Shown here in pieces: positions 47,318 through 63,928 of a stretch of 64,000 nucleotides of DNA. Under the pieces are notes generated by a model. The model worked only from the letters and a program-made list of their open reading frames with translations, searched no databases and was not told where the DNA came from. Location: assembly GCA_009103225.1 (NCBI GenBank), contig RHPI01003041.1, positions 31,125 through 95,124 on the forward strand. The letters are read 5' to 3'. Source of the stretch: Chlorokybus atmophyticus. Lineage: Eukaryota; Plantae; Mesostigma and Chlorokybus algae. The stretch's first letter is position 1; the number at the start of each line of letters is the position of its first letter. Made by a program: the position numbers and the translations under genes.

Positions 47318-47795
47318 GTGTGGAGGCAAGAGATGGAGGTGGATTTGGTGCAGGCGCTGTCCCCACCGACGTTGCGCGTGATCGAGGAGCTGGCCCACGA
47401 GGGTCGGCTCAGCGAGGCCGACCCCGTCCTCGTCACGGTCTTCAACTACGAGGGGATCGCAGCCCGCCTTCGAGAGCAGCTGCCTGTGGTCACGCCACAA
47501 CACGTCGATGACGTGGAGAGGAAGATTGTTGCCGCCATCACCAAGGGCACAGCTGGCGATGGTCAGCAGGAGAACGGCTTGCAGCCGACGCGGAAGCCAG
47601 CCGGCGGCGGCGACGCGCCCAATGAGCGCACCTTCACCGGATCGGCGCCGCAGTACGATCACTCAATCCTCGGGCTGATCAGACACCTCGGCGAGAACCC
47701 TACCGTGAGGACCTGCCCGACATCGCCCGGCTGGTGCACGTCTGGTCCTCCCGCGGCGCGAACTACTTTGACCTGTATCAAGGACGGACGTGAGG
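47318..47795 (+). CDS. GC3-rich coding segment of unknown product (probable exon)
   Basis: 195-aa ORF with strong G/C third-position bias, and a possible donor GTGAGT near 47795. No recognisable family. Confidence 0.35.
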
Positions 47796-48384
47796 TGAGT
47801 CTGAGTAGTAGGAATCAGCCTGTCATGCTCGTCGGCAAACAGCTTGGTATGACTTCAGGAAGCACAGGGCGAACCCCGCAGGAGCGACGGAGTGGGCGAT
47901 GTTGAAGCGCTAGTGTAGGGTGTGCGGGTGCGTGTGTGCAGGTGGAAACTGATGTCTGTGCGTGACTGTGTGGTGGAGTGTAGAGCATACGGCACACGCA
48001 TGTACTTATGCAAAGAGCGAGTTTGCTTGCTATGCTGCTGAACCTGATGATCCTGCGTGTTTCATGCACAAGTTGCGCTGAGACAGCACTTGCAAACCTA
48101 CAGCGTGTCATCAGACATGATGAAGTTGGTATGCGCATGGATGGGACAACCTATGCAGCAACATGGGCATGTCACAGGCAAACACCGCGTGACGGTGGCA
48201 TCGATCGGTTTTACGCAAAGGGCGCATGGGATGGAGGACATGCAATTTCTAATAGCACGTGCATCCAAAACAGTCGACCGGCTGTATACGTAAAATCTCA
48301 TTACCTATGCAACTGCCGCAAATCGCTTGCAGAATGCTACACTTGCTGGTGAGCTGAGCTGCTACTATTCTGCAACACTTTCAC

Positions 48385-51300
48385 TAACAGGCGATGACCG
48401 TCTCGCGCCCCAGTCACAACACTGACAATGCTATGGCTGCCACGTGCATGCCGGTGAGGCCTGCCTCCTCCAGCTGCAGCTTGGGACTGCCGTGCTCAAT
48501 GACACGATCGGGCAAGCATGGGCCTCACCTGCAGTCATAGAGTTATCAAGCACATGCGCACGCGAGCGATATAACAGATGACAGTCTGTATGTCACGTGC
48601 ATACTTTGAGCTTGCCGTCCAGCAGGCCTTCAAGGGGCAAGAATTGCAACACATGGGAACCGAAGCCACCTATGGCACCCTCTTCAACGATGATGACAGG
48701 ATGCTCCTTGGCCAGGCGTCTGATCCTATCCGCATCCAGGGCTTGCAGAAGCGAGCGTCCGCGACATCTGCAGCTTGCATGCAAGACTGCAGAGCTGTGC
48801 CGAACCCGAGCAAGGTCACATCCTTCCCCTGCGGATGATACGGCCTCGTCCTATCTCAGTAGGCAATCCCTTGTTGCCGGGAGGGAGAGGCACACCGAGC
48901 GCAGTACCGCGAGGGTAGCGCACAGAACTAGGTCTGTAATTGATGGGTGCGCAGGTGGCATGTGCATGAGCTCCGCTTCATCGGCCAGCGCCATCACGAC
49001 AAAGTTGGGAAGCGTGGCCAGGTAGGTGATGTCAAAAGCGCCGCAGTGCGTGGGGCTGCAGCACCCGCAAGGCCCGCGCGATCCATGGCAAAGCCCACGG
49101 GAAGGTTTTGAAAGGACACATCATGCGCGACCTGCAGATCAGTTTGTGGGTTGTGGGACTGCCAACCACAATGACAAATGTGCATGCAGGGCACAACTGG
49201 CTGCTGTGGAATGTACCTGATCATAGCCGCGCTGCAGGAAACTGGAGTAAGTTGTACAGAAGGGCACAAGTCCTTCACATGCCAAACCCGCGGCAAAAGT
49301 CACCGCATGCTGTTCAGCAATGCCAACATCAAAGCAGAGATTAGGGAAGTGCTTGGCAAAGTGAGTGAGTGAGCCCTGTGCCGCCACCCATAGCTCATGC
49401 ATGGCCACCATTCGATCATCCTCCTTGTCCTTGGCTACCAGTGTGTCCGCATAGTACTGCGACAATGTCGAGGGGCCACCTTTCGACTTCTGTTGCTTGC
49501 CAGTAGCCACATCAAACCTGGTCACACCTGCACGCCAGAGTGTGAGTATGCTTGAACCTTGCAAGTGGTGTGCAGACAATGCTTTCAAGTACAAACAGCA
49601 TGATCAGTTTCATACCATGGTATCTGTCACTTGCTTTCTCTGCATACAAGTAACCCTTGCCCTTCTCTGTCACTACATGGATCAGAACAGGACCCCTTGT
49701 CCGTGTGCTCTTCACCTCCTTCATGACGGCCACCATGTCGTCAATGTCGTGACCGTCGACTATACCAATATAGTACATGCCCAGCTCTTCGCAAAATGTG
49801 GTACCAGTCTCGCTGATCATACCGCGGGCGTACTCGTCCGCTTTGCGGGGCGGGCGCAATGTCGTGAATGGGCTCTCCAAGGGACTTTGTGACACCCTAA
49901 ATGGCAAGTATAAACACTACAGAGGAACTGATGCAGCAAGTCACCTGACGTGGACAGACTGCCAAGCTAGCTGGGACAGATGAGACTGACTTTGTAACAC
50001 CATGTTGGCATATACGCACACTAGAGGCACAAAGGCAGCGACCCAAGTGACCTGACCAGACTGCCAAGCTAGGACAAACACATGAAAGTGGCCCCCACAC
50101 CCAATTGTATACAAACTGTGAGGCCCAATGCAGCAAGTCAATTAACCTGAGCAGACTGCCAGGCTAGGCAAATGCATAACAAACACATAAGACTGACCTT
50201 GGCAAGCTCACAATGCTCACGGAGGGGTCGGTTGGCCTGTAATTGGATGGAGCGTTTCACAGTGCACCTACTGGCGAGATGGGACGATCTAGGTTGGCAG
50301 TAGGCAGCGAGACTTGCTTGTTGTCGTTAAGAACGATGATCATGTTGGACTTGAGGAAGCCAGCGTTGTTCATGGCTTCGTAGGCCTGCCCAGCTGTCAT
50401 GGCGCCATCGCCAATAACAGCGACACAGTGAGAGTTCGCATCCTTCAGATCCCTTGCAACAGCCATGCCTGTCCAAGGCAGTGGGTTAGAACCAGCAGCT
50501 GCGCATATCACGACAATGCACAACCGTGCTCAATGGGACATGCAGAGGGCGTATGCTTTTGATTATCAAGGTGTTGTATTGCCGACTACGCTATGCAATG
50601 CACTAGATCCAGCAGCTGCGCATGTCACAACAATGCACACCACTGCTAAGTGGCACATGCAGAGTGCGAGTGCTTTTCAACATCAAGGTGTGGTGCCTGC
50701 CGACTACGACTGGTGCAACCCAAGCCAACCCAACTCAACTTACCCAGAGCTGCACAGATGCTGGTCGACGAGTGCCCAGCACCGAATGGGTCGTACTCAC
50801 TCTCTGAGCGCTTTGTGAAAGGAGCAAGGCCATTGTCCTGGCGGATGGTGTGCATCTTGCTTCGCCGACCAGTTAGGGTCTTGTGCGGGTAGGCCTGTTG
50901 ATGTCAAACAGGGCAGCGTGAGTATTGTGAAGGCAGCTTTTGTCATTAGCAATGACAGAAGCCATAGTCGTAGCCTCATGCTTATAGTGCTCAATAATGA
51001 GGGCGGGATGACGAACGTTGGCCCATCCTNNNNNNNNNNNNNNNNNNNNNNNNNNNNNNNNNNNNNNNNNNNNNNNNNNNNNNNNNNNNNNNNNNNNNNN
51101 NNNNNNNNNNNNNNNNNNNNNNNNNNNNNNNNNNNNNNNNNNNNNNNNNNNNNNNNNNNNNNNNNNNNNNNNNNNNNNNNNNNNNNNNNNNNNNNNNNNN
51201 NNNNNNNNNNNNNNNNNNNNNNNNNNNNNNNNNNNNNNNNNNNNNNNNNNNNNNNNNNNNNNNNNNNNNNNNNNNNNNNNNNNNNNNNNNNNNNNNNNNN

Positions 51301-51830
51301 NNNNNNNNNNNNNNNNNGGGGACGGGGGGCTGATATTCATATGAATAACAACAACCAACTCTCACCTGCTGGCCAACATCCCACAGGATCTTGTCCCTGG
51401 GAGCATCCAACACGTGGTGGAGAGCGACAGTGAGCTCGATCACGCCAAGGGATGAGCCCAAGTGACCGCCAGTCTTAGACACGGTGTGGATGGTGTCCTG
51501 ATGGAGCTCGTTGGCCAGCTGGCGCAGCTGGTTGGAGGTCATGTTCTTGGGGTGCACAGGGTAGTTGACCGTGTCCAGGAGTGGGGTGGGAGGCTTGAGG
51601 CTGACCGCGGGGGCGGCGGGAGCGGAGGCGCCATCCCTGCCAAAGTGGTTGATGGCGTTGGCCCCAACCAACCGCCTTGTGGGCTGTGGCGGAGCCGCCA
51701 TTGCAGTGCAAGGTACTTGCACCACCAACAACAATGTGGACGTCGATGGCGGTGGTGCCCGTGGCCAGCAACCCTTGTAGCTGCGGACTACTACCATCCC
51801 ACCGGCTGCAGCAGCCGCAGCTGACGCCAA
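48385..51830 (-). pseudogene. DXS: 1-deoxy-D-xylulose-5-phosphate synthase, plastid-targeted, multi-exon, inactivated
   Basis: Exons include 51830-51366 (transit peptide, [15 protein letters not shown]), 50894-50744 ([19 protein letters not shown]) and 50468-50198 ([12 protein letters not shown]). Further exons carry [18 protein letters not shown] and EEG..GGFGSH. TGA after PVGAL plus several frameshifts. Confidence 0.93.
51030..51317. other. Assembly gap (N run) inside DXS intron 1
   Basis: Run of N. Confidence 0.99.
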
Positions 51831-51948
51831 GGTTGGCCTTCACCCTACCTCCACCGCCGCCGCCACAACCACACTCACAACGACGCACACACACATGACC
51901 ACGCATCACACGCACCACTGTGCAAGGGAGAGATCTACGTCGACTGAC

Positions 51949-52792
51949 AGTCAGGTTGGGAATGGGATGCGTAATGTCATCATAAGGCATACTGAGAATG
52001 GGGATCTGCGTGATGGACCCTCGCCGTCCCTCGATGCGCCCCGCCCTCTCGTGGATTGTGGCCAGATCTGTGTACATGTACCCTGGGTAGCCACGTCTTC
52101 CGGGCACCTCTTTACGTGCAGGAGACGCTTCACATAGAGAATCAGCGTATGCAGACATGTCTGTCAGGATGACCAACAAGTGCTTGCCGCACTCGTAGGC
52201 AAGGAACTCTGCTGCGACACAAGCAATGCAAGGAGTAAAACCGCTCTCAATGGTGGGATGATTGGCCAGGCTCAGAAGCAGCACGACGCGGTCCAACAAG
52301 CCGTTCCCCTCACAATCTGACTTGAAGTACTGTACCGTTCCATATTGATACCCATGGCTGCGAACATGATAGTGCACTCGCCGGGCCCTTTCGTGGTCAT
52401 TCAGAGCATGGTGACTCATAAGTTACCTTCTCACCAGACTTCTTGTTGGGCTGCTGGACAATGCCAGCCTGTCGGCAAATTGGCAGCTGAGACAAGAGGT
52501 ACTTCCTGGCTACGCGCAATGGAGATTCATCACGTTGGTGGCGGAGATGCCCAGTCTCAATCAACGCTTCAGGGTGTGTGCACTCTGAAGCGTTGATTGA
52601 GAGTGAAGTGGTGAAGGGTTGATGGCATGCCTTGGATGTCCAAGTACTTCTCTGCCAGGACAGGCGGCCCTCCAGCAATGGGCCTGCCCTTGCCATACAA
52701 GATGCGCCCCAGCATGTCCTCGCTCACCGGTGTTGTTAGAACCTTTTCCCGCGTGTTGTGCACTTCTCAATACCTGTCGTGCCCTCAAACAC
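51949..52792 (-). pseudogene. VHA-B: V-type H+-ATPase subunit B, isolated single-exon fragment
   Basis: [82 protein letters not shown]. Several frameshifts. Bounded by AG and GTCAGT. Confidence 0.92.
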
Positions 52793-55250
52793 CTGTGCCA
52801 ACATCATCAATGTCAATTGTAACACCGGACTAGACACTTGACACAGTGAATGCTGGTAGCATGAATGCCACATCCATCACACTCTGCTCATCCGCAGCAG
52901 GTTGAGCAAAACACTCATGTTTACCGTGTAGCAGCTGCGACAATGCTGCAGTACAAATTACCTTAAACGCCTGCTTTCTCTCCATCAACCTCCAGCAATT
53001 GGCCTCGGCGTGTTGATCCATCACCAAGTCTGATGCTCACAAACTCAGCATACTTTGCTTTCTGCAACCCCAGATTTGACTCGGGTCACTACAATGGCAG
53101 TAGCGGCTGCAGTACAACCAACAACATGCAGCATATGCCTTCAATCCCAAAGCTTGTCCAGCTTTCATATCAGACTACGGCTTACAAGGGTTCAAGGCAA
53201 ACACAAAACTCATTATCCACTGCACGGGACCAAAGTTGGTGCATGCATGCATGCATGCATGCTTTCACTGCACTGTACACACCGGAAGCGCGTTGATCTC
53301 TCTCGCGTTTGTGCGCTTACTGCCAAACGCAAGTCATCCATGCGCACTTGGTACCAAAGCGTCGACAACACAATCGCAAAGCGATCTCAATTAGCGGATC
53401 GCTGCTTGTTACCCCTGACCCTACCCTAACCGACAGTGGCAAGACGTGCAGTTTGGCACCAGGCTGACATCGTCGCTTCAAACACAACCCTTCGTTAATC
53501 ATGCCTTCTCTTTGCCGAGATTCACCACCGGCCCGCTCCAGGTCGGCCATGATCTCGCCACCACCGCAACCACCGCCGCCCCCGCCCTCCACCGACAAGC
53601 AGCAAACGCCACCAGGATCCAACAAGGTCAAAGCACCAACAAAATTCGTGCCATGTGCAAGAGGTGAACGTTGAGTCCGATTATGGGTTTGCGTACAGTC
53701 TCTTTGCCTGTTTGGGCAGGGCGGCGAGGAGGCGGAAGCGGAGGCGGCGGAGGACGAGGTGGGGAGATTGGGGGTGCAGGATGCGGAAGGGGAAAAGGGG
53801 CGTATGGGAGAGATGCCACCCCAGCTGCGTCCACGCCGCGTCAACCTGGTCTTAACGGAAAGCCGCTGCCAGTCCCCTGCAGCTGGTTGCAAGCAGCTAC
53901 GAGGCAAGGGTGCAGCGAAACGGCCTGACACCAAGCTGCAGGAGCCGCCGGCGGTACCTGTGTGTGTGAGCGCTTGTGTAAGCATGCCATGCTTACACAG
54001 TATGTTGTAAGCGACTTACTTGTATGCATGCAAATGCGCACCTGCATGCACACAATTCGCGCACGCGCACATAAGCACTTTACCTACACACAAGCACACA
54101 CTACTGTGTGTCACCGTTTACTTGTGTTCTTGTCATGCAGCAAAAGGTAAAAGCAGGTCGCAAGCGCTATGTAAAGGCATTAGAAGCTGGTGCTCAGCCA
54201 GAACAAACAGGGGGCTACCACAGAAGAGTTGTAGTAATCAATGCCAACGAATAGGTGAAACGTGGAGCCAATGCCTGCGAGAGTGAATACCCTCTCGTCT
54301 GGGCTCTCCTCGTGTCAGATATGATGGCCATTTCGCTTTGGCAAGGAAGAAGAGAATGAGAAGGAGGAGGTGGAGAGTGGCTTGTGGACGGATATCTACC
54401 CTTCTCCGCCTTCAGCTTCGCCCACTTCTGCTGCACAGCTAGCTGACACTGGACCCCTGGAGGATTAGGCACGCATGCCACCCCACAGCATTCATCAATT
54501 CACTTATCAGTGTTGTTGAAGTTTTGGTAACGTCGCCATCATCATCGCCATGCTTCATTAACTGTGGCACTGTTTCAGGCAATACACCGGGCTTTCCGCC
54601 CTATGCACCTGTCTATATAAGTTTCCCTGATGCGCCACGCTTCCGCTCACCTCGGAGGCGGTTGGTGATGGAGTAGGAGTTTGCGAGTGTGACTGCGAGT
54701 GAGTGTGATGGTGGTGAGTGTGACTGCTGTCGCGTGTGGCGTGCGTGATAGTCAGCTAGGATTTTGCTAGTACCCATGTATACGTTTGTACTTGTAGGTC
54801 TTCACCTGAAGCGCTGCAAGACCCCTTAATTGAGCGCTAATCCTGCTGCTCAAGTCACATGCACGCGCGCTAAGAGCTCTTTCTGTTGCACGCAAGCATC
54901 CACATAGCAAATCTTCTTTACTCTCTGTGGCTGCACTGGTGTGTGCATGCATGCTGCGGCTGGCAGCAAACAACCTTGTGCTAATTGTTGTCAGCATGGG
55001 AAGAACCAGAAAGAAAGTAACAGTAGCCTTTTATGATCCACACCACAGCGTGCCACACATGCGATCAGCCTTCCCGTCGTGGCAGCAGTATAGCGGATGT
55101 GTGAGCACAGTGTTGACAGCAAGCAAATTGTTGACTCGGATATCACTTGTCGGTGATGGCGACACTGTTGCCCAATCCTGGTAGAGCCTCTCTACCTGTC
55201 TCTCCAGGTGTGTGCCAGCAGCTCTGTACCACCCCCCCCCCCCCCCCCCC

Positions 55251-56000
<750 letters not shown>

Positions 56001-56269
56001 NGGTTGTGAGACACACACAAACAGGCACATTCATGCCCCATGCAAGGGCGAGTGTGCGCGCATGCACTGCCTGCAAGCATCAGCTTCACATGGCATTGTA
56101 GCATGTGACATACACTGCTGACTCGCTCTGGGAAGCCGTGCTGCGTGCACTCGTACCCGCCAGATGATTACAACTGGGATTGTGCGCGCGCGCGTGCGCA
56201 CATTGATGTCAACACAGCACCCCCGCAGCGCATACGGCTCTTGCTGACCAATGCACCTGCCTCACTTAC

Positions 56270-56400
56270 TTGGACGCTGGCGTTGTTGGGTTCAGAGCAC
56301 CAGCGTTGAAGTGCGCGTTGCGCTGGCATGGCGGGAGTACGGGCACCAATTGCACTCTCCCTTTGCGTGACTGCACCAGCAGTTCAGCACCACCAATAAC
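56270..56400 (-). pseudogene. GT8 glycosyltransferase exon remnant (paralog of 61495-61632)
   Basis: VLNCW...WCPYSRH and RNAHFNAG, ending at CAA|GTAAGT. Confidence 0.5.
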
Positions 56401-56421
56401 CCGTCTGCCCAAGCAACAGTC

Positions 56422-56467
<46 letters not shown>

Positions 56468-56479
56468 CAACAACAACAA
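56422..56479 (+). repeat. (CAG)n(CAA)n microsatellite
   Basis: Read directly from the sequence. Confidence 0.95.
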
Positions 56480-58190
56480 GTATGCGACAAGTAAAAACCA
56501 TGGGGGATTGGGAACTGGAAGAGGCAGTCAATGTTTTGACGGCGAACATGTCGCCGTTGACATACACGACGTGCGCGTAGCCTTCCATCTGCCACAATGG
56601 CAGCTTGCAGCCTACGTACAACATGCTGGCGCAACCCCACCACCCACCCCAACCGATCCCGACCCTAACCGGAACATGCACTGCACAACAGCGCATGGGC
56701 TGCACAACCCAAGTGCCATGGTGGCCACCAGCACTGCACGCACAGCACTGCCGATGTGGACTGTGCGCGAGGATTCATGCACCACCGCACTGCAAACAGC
56801 AGCGTAGCAAGCGGCGGAAGCGCAGGGAGGCAAAGGGGAAAGAGCCCATGTGGCCAGGTACTACATGCATGTACTGCCTGCTATGGCTAACGGGGTGTTG
56901 GTGGAGTAGGTAGTGAAGTTAGCTAGTGACAAGCCCGGTGGTCTACATGAACGGTGTTGACTGCATGTGGATGATGCTGGGTCCATTGCATGTGTCGTGC
57001 ATGTGGATACGTGTTGCGCATTTCATTTACACGCAGACACGCACACGCATACATGCGTGCATTCACGCACGCAGCGAGAGACAGAACACATAGTTGGCAG
57101 TCATTGCTTCTCTCTTGGCGTGGTGTACCATCCTCTGGTATGAGCATGTGAGTGTAGAATGGGGTCCAGATGCCCATACATGCTGATGTGCATAACATGA
57201 GGACAATGAGTATGTGGCCTACTATGGTGATGCAAGTAAAACTCAAGGGCGTGTACCAGCAGTCGAGTCAGCATGCCATTCATCTCGCACTAGTCTTGAC
57301 AGAAGATGCGCAGGCATGCACGTTACGCGCATGCCCTGTAGTCTGTGGCATGAACCCCAGCCTGGTGGAGAAGCGCCCGCGAGGCGGACACAGGGAGAGG
57401 AGGTGGGCGTTGCTCCTCTGCCTGCATGCGGCTAGCGCATTGACAACATGTCTTTGACACTGAACAGTTGGGCCACACATGCGAATGTCCACAGAGTTTT
57501 CCCTGATTATGGACATGTCAGGACGTGCGCATAGAGTTTGCTATTTGAAGGTGCGCGTGTGCGTGCGCATGGGCAACCCTGAGAGTGCATGCGAATGTGC
57601 AGATGATCCCTAGGCTACACCATGTATGTGTAGTGCGTGAGGTTGAGTACCTACATGTGTGAGAACCGACAAGTGTCGGGATATGCGCCGCGGTTGTTTG
57701 CAGTGTAGAATATATGCAATGGTGTGCAGTGTATTATATGGCAAACTTTGGCATGATAGTGCCGCTATCTTCTCGGAAAAGCATGTACATGTATGTGCAT
57801 GGAAGCTGCACCATCCAACACTTGGTTTCTGATCGCAAAAACAAGCCACCACTCTTACTAGACAAGAGAAACTATGGCTTGCAATCATGTGGTACTATAA
57901 ACTGGTGTTATGCATCAAGTGCCTCCAAACATCCTTAGGCAAGGCATTCTGCAACACCGTCACGGGGAGAGAGGCGCATTCTGTAGAGTCTGGTAGTCAA
58001 GGTTCCAGACAATCACAACAGGCGTTACCATGATTCCTAAGATGACGGATGCCAACTGGGTGCATGGGCAAGAGTATACGCTACGGTGATGTCAAAACTT
58101 TTTGTTGAATGCAATTGCCAAATTGTATCAACGCCAAAGTTCGGGAGGTCTCCACGCTGGCACCGTCTGTCTCTGGTGCTTCAAGCTAAG

Positions 58191-60030
<1,840 letters not shown>

Positions 60031-60066
60031 GTGCTGTACTGTTCAAGCTAGCGTCTGCGGAGGCGT

Positions 60067-60074
60067 TTTATATA
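60067..60074 (-). promoter_or_regulatory. TATA box (TATATAAA) upstream of the propeller gene
   Basis: About 40 nt upstream of the signal-peptide coding segment. Confidence 0.5.
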
Positions 60075-61494
60075 GGCTCCCGGCGACAGCCGCGCGTGAC
60101 ATGCGTCGTGAGGGAAGGTGCCAAAAACGGGGTGGATATAAGGTGGCATATAGCGACGCACTTTGGAGCGGATGCTTCGTCGAGGCCGCATGGCGGGTAG
60201 CGCATCTCCGTTAAACGGCGGCGGCGGCTGTCACCGTGCCGTGTGGCATCTTTGTCTGGGCACACTGATAAGTTCAACAGCGCTGAACCGCTCCCCCCCC
60301 TTATGCATGGCGTTGGCAATCTTATGCAATGCATCGAGGGGCAGCGGATCTGTGCCGCTTCGTCCGCCGTGTGAGAGCCGTACCAGCTGGCAGATCGCTT
60401 CGCGCCAGGACTTGGTTCATCACACGAGCGAGAGAGCGAGTGGTTGGACTAGGGCAAGCACACAGAGTTGCATGCTCATGCCTTGATGTTACACACTATT
60501 GTGTCATTACCGTATTTACCCGGTCAGAGCCCCCCCCCTTTTATCACAGCGCCCCACCCAATTAATGAGGGGGGGTATTCTATTAGAGGGGGGGATTCTT
60601 TTGATTGAGGGGGGCTGTATTGCAGTACTGCAAACAATTAGCAAACAACTGTGGCGCATATCCGGACACATGTAAGTCGGTTCTTACACATGTAAGTACT
60701 CAATCTCACACGCTACGTATACACGGTGTGCATCTGCGCATTCGCATTCACCGACAGAATTGCCCATGCGCACGCACACGCGTACCTTTCAACAGCAACC
60801 TCTCTGCGCGTGTTATCAGGAAAAACGCGGTGGACATTCGCACGTGTGTCTCAACTGTTTCACTGTCAAAGGGCATGTACTCAAGGTGGTAGCCTCATGC
60901 AGGCAGAGGCGCAACACCTACACTCTCCCCTGTGCCCACCTCACGCACGCTTCTCCACAAGGCAGGGGTCATGCCACAGACTACTACTAGGAGTCGTACT
61001 GGGCATGCGCGTGAAGTGCATGCATGCATGCGCAAGTTCTCTCTCAGGACTTGTGCGCATGTCAATAAACAAGTCAAGAATGTGGATGCAGCCACAGAAT
61101 GTGGAGGTGCAGCTGTTGTGCCGGTGACAACAGGGGGCCGGAAACGCCTCAAGTACAAGATTGATGGCATGCTACCACGACTGCTGGTACACGCCCTTAT
61201 GTTATGATTGCATCACTATAGTCGGTCACATTTTTATTGTCCTCATTCAACACACATCAGCATGCAGCATGCTGATCTGGACCCCATGTTACACACGCAT
61301 GCTCACACCAGAGGTGATACACCATGCTGAGAGCGCAGCGGTGACTGACAAAGTATCTGCCTCTGCTGTCTCTCTCCGTGCGTCCGTGCGCGTGCACACA
61401 TGCGCCATCATGATGTTGTACGAAGTCTGAAGCTGCTGTTGTGTTATACTTGTTGTTGTTGTTGCGAATGTGTTTTTTGCGGATGGAATCTTGG

Positions 61495-62240
61495 CGGTGC
61501 TGGACTGCTGGTACGGTCATGCTACGGGCGAGCGCGGGTGGGTTTGCCCATACTCCCGTCACCGCCAGCGCAATGCGTACTACTTCAAGCGCGGGGCTCG
61601 TGGTGCTCAAACCCAACAACGCCATATTTCAAGTGAGTGAGGCGCAAAGACAGATGCATCGCTCAGCAACAGCAGCAACATGCGCTGCGGGGTGCTGTGT
61701 CGACATCGTGTGTGCATATACGTGCGTGTGCACGCGCGCGCCTAACGTCAGTTGCGGCCCATCTCAACTTGTTGCTTGTCACATAGAAGCGCATGCGCGG
61801 AGCACACGCACACGCACACTCACCTGTGCATGGGTGTTCGTAGAACGTGTGTCTCTCTACCCGTGTGCATGGCAGCTCAAGCAACACTGCCGAGCGCAAC
61901 CCCCACGTGAGGCTTTGCCCACCTGCTGATAACACAATGAGAACAATCTCAGCAGAGGCGATGATGATCACGCGCAGAGGGTTGCGTGTACACGCAACGT
62001 CACCCTGTTCACAGTCGCATGTAAGTCGCATGCATGTCGCAGTCGCATGTAAGTCGCATGCAACTCCAAGTTGCTGTGGGATGCCAGGACTTTCTCAATG
62101 ACTACGTTGCGGGGAGGTTTCGGTGCTGCCGTACGCGTACAACACGATGATGATCTTGATCTCTCACTTCCACAAGAACGTGTGGGCGCTGCCGGAGAAA
62201 TGAGATCATCCATCACACCGACTTCACACCATGCCGCCTA
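61495..62240 (+). pseudogene. GT8 family glycosyltransferase (galactinol-synthase/glycogenin-like) remnant
   Basis: VLDCW...CPY...YF(N)AGLVVLKPNNAIFQ|gtgagt, then QDFLNDY...LPYAYN...EIIHH. These match the GT8 motifs FNAG, EQDFLN, YN and VVH. Frameshifted. Confidence 0.6.
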
Positions 62241-63926
62241 CCAAAATCACGCACGCACGCACGCAGATACGCAAACACGCACTTTGAAGCGTGCGTGGTG
62301 AAGTATAGTCTGATCAGGTCAGGTGCTGGGATGTGCTGTGCTTCAACGCAGTGCAAAGCAGAACTCAACAATCACCACATGGAAGTTTTGATCAACATGT
62401 GAAGCCGGGCCACTCTATGACGTGCTTGTCTGGTCAGCTGGGATATTGCGAGCATGGGATTCATGTTCGGGACACGCATGCAGTGGCCGTAACGCCATTA
62501 TCATCATTATCACCAACAACAACATCATCACCTTTCTACATGTTATTCACTCGCTGCTAGGTGTGTTGCATGGGACGTGGCGTGCCACATGGCTTTAAGC
62601 GCGCTGCTGCCTGCCAGCCTGAGTCAATCAGAGCGCAGCGTGTGGTCGGTTGATACCGCTCGGTTGTGTTGCGGCGTTGCCATGATGGGTTTCATAGTAA
62701 ACCATCTTCTAAACAGGATGAGTATGAGGTTGGCAACAGCATTGTGCAGGAGGATGAGAGGTTGACTCCACAGCCGTCCCCATCGATTGCATAGGTAACC
62801 CCTTGTATTGTGAGAGCATGCGCGCCCACGGGTGCTTTTGCATGCACGCGTGCGCTCGTATGGGTGATGTACGCGTATACATGTGCTCGTACCTGTGCAT
62901 GCAGTTGTGCGTGTACGTGTGCTCGTGGGGGCATGTGTGCACACGCGCACGGGCACGTATGCTTGTTGCTTGTGGTGCACGTGTGCATGCTGTTTGCGAA
63001 CCCCCTTTGCATACATATATCCAACTCTTACGCGACTTGACGGCGAAGAAGCGAGGCGGTGTCTCCAGGAGGTGGAGTTGCTGCGCCAACCCCGACATCA
63101 TCTACTTGCTCGACGCTCTTTCACACGACGATCAGGTCGGACACTACACAACAGGCGCGTACCACCACAACCTGAACCTGGCTTTATAGCTTGAGGCTGT
63201 GTGTGTGTGTGTCTCGCTCAGGTCCTGCTTGCATCGCACTCGTTGCCATAAATTGTCGCGCTGTGCTTGTGCTTTGAATTTGTGCAAGTGGAAGTAGTTG
63301 ACTGCGTGTGCACGCACATAGCGCACACATGCGCGCAAGCACGCATGATTGCATGGCTACATTCCCACCCACCCACTCACCCACCCACCGTGGGTGACCC
63401 TCCCACCCAAACCAATCCCATCCCCACACGTGCCTGCATTCATGAACCTGCGCTCACACACGCACACACGCACGCACGCGTGCGCCCACTCACCTACCAA
63501 CACGCACACGCACGCATGCGCACTCACAGCATTGCTTCTTACTACTGCACACAAGGTTATTTTTTCTACTGCAATGACTCGGTCAGGCATTGCACTCATG
63601 CTTTATAGACACATGCACTCAAGGCAGGTTGCGTCTCTAACATCCGATAATCCACACGGTGAACAACAATAAACACCAGCACACGCGGTGCAGGTTGGCA
63701 CGTATGAGCACCCTCAAGTACGCATACAGTTTTGGCATCAAACCGCATAGTAAGCACGTACCCAACAGCACACACTGCACCATCTTGAAGTCATCACCCT
63801 CAGTAACACAACACTTATATAGCTCTAGCGGGAACACACTCAAGTTGTTGGTTGTCGTCAAGCAATCACCAAGTCGAATCCATTCGCATTACTCGTCAGT
63901 CCAGACAGGCATGAGGATTGCGTGCA

Positions 63927-63928
<2 letters not shown>

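Noticed and set aside
48100-48180. DEVGMRMDG resembling an IS66-type DDE motif
   Set aside because: Single short motif with no other transposase features.
54215-54481. Myb/SANT-like QCQ...KWAKLK segment
   Set aside because: Too short and isolated; no accompanying Harbinger transposase or complete domain.
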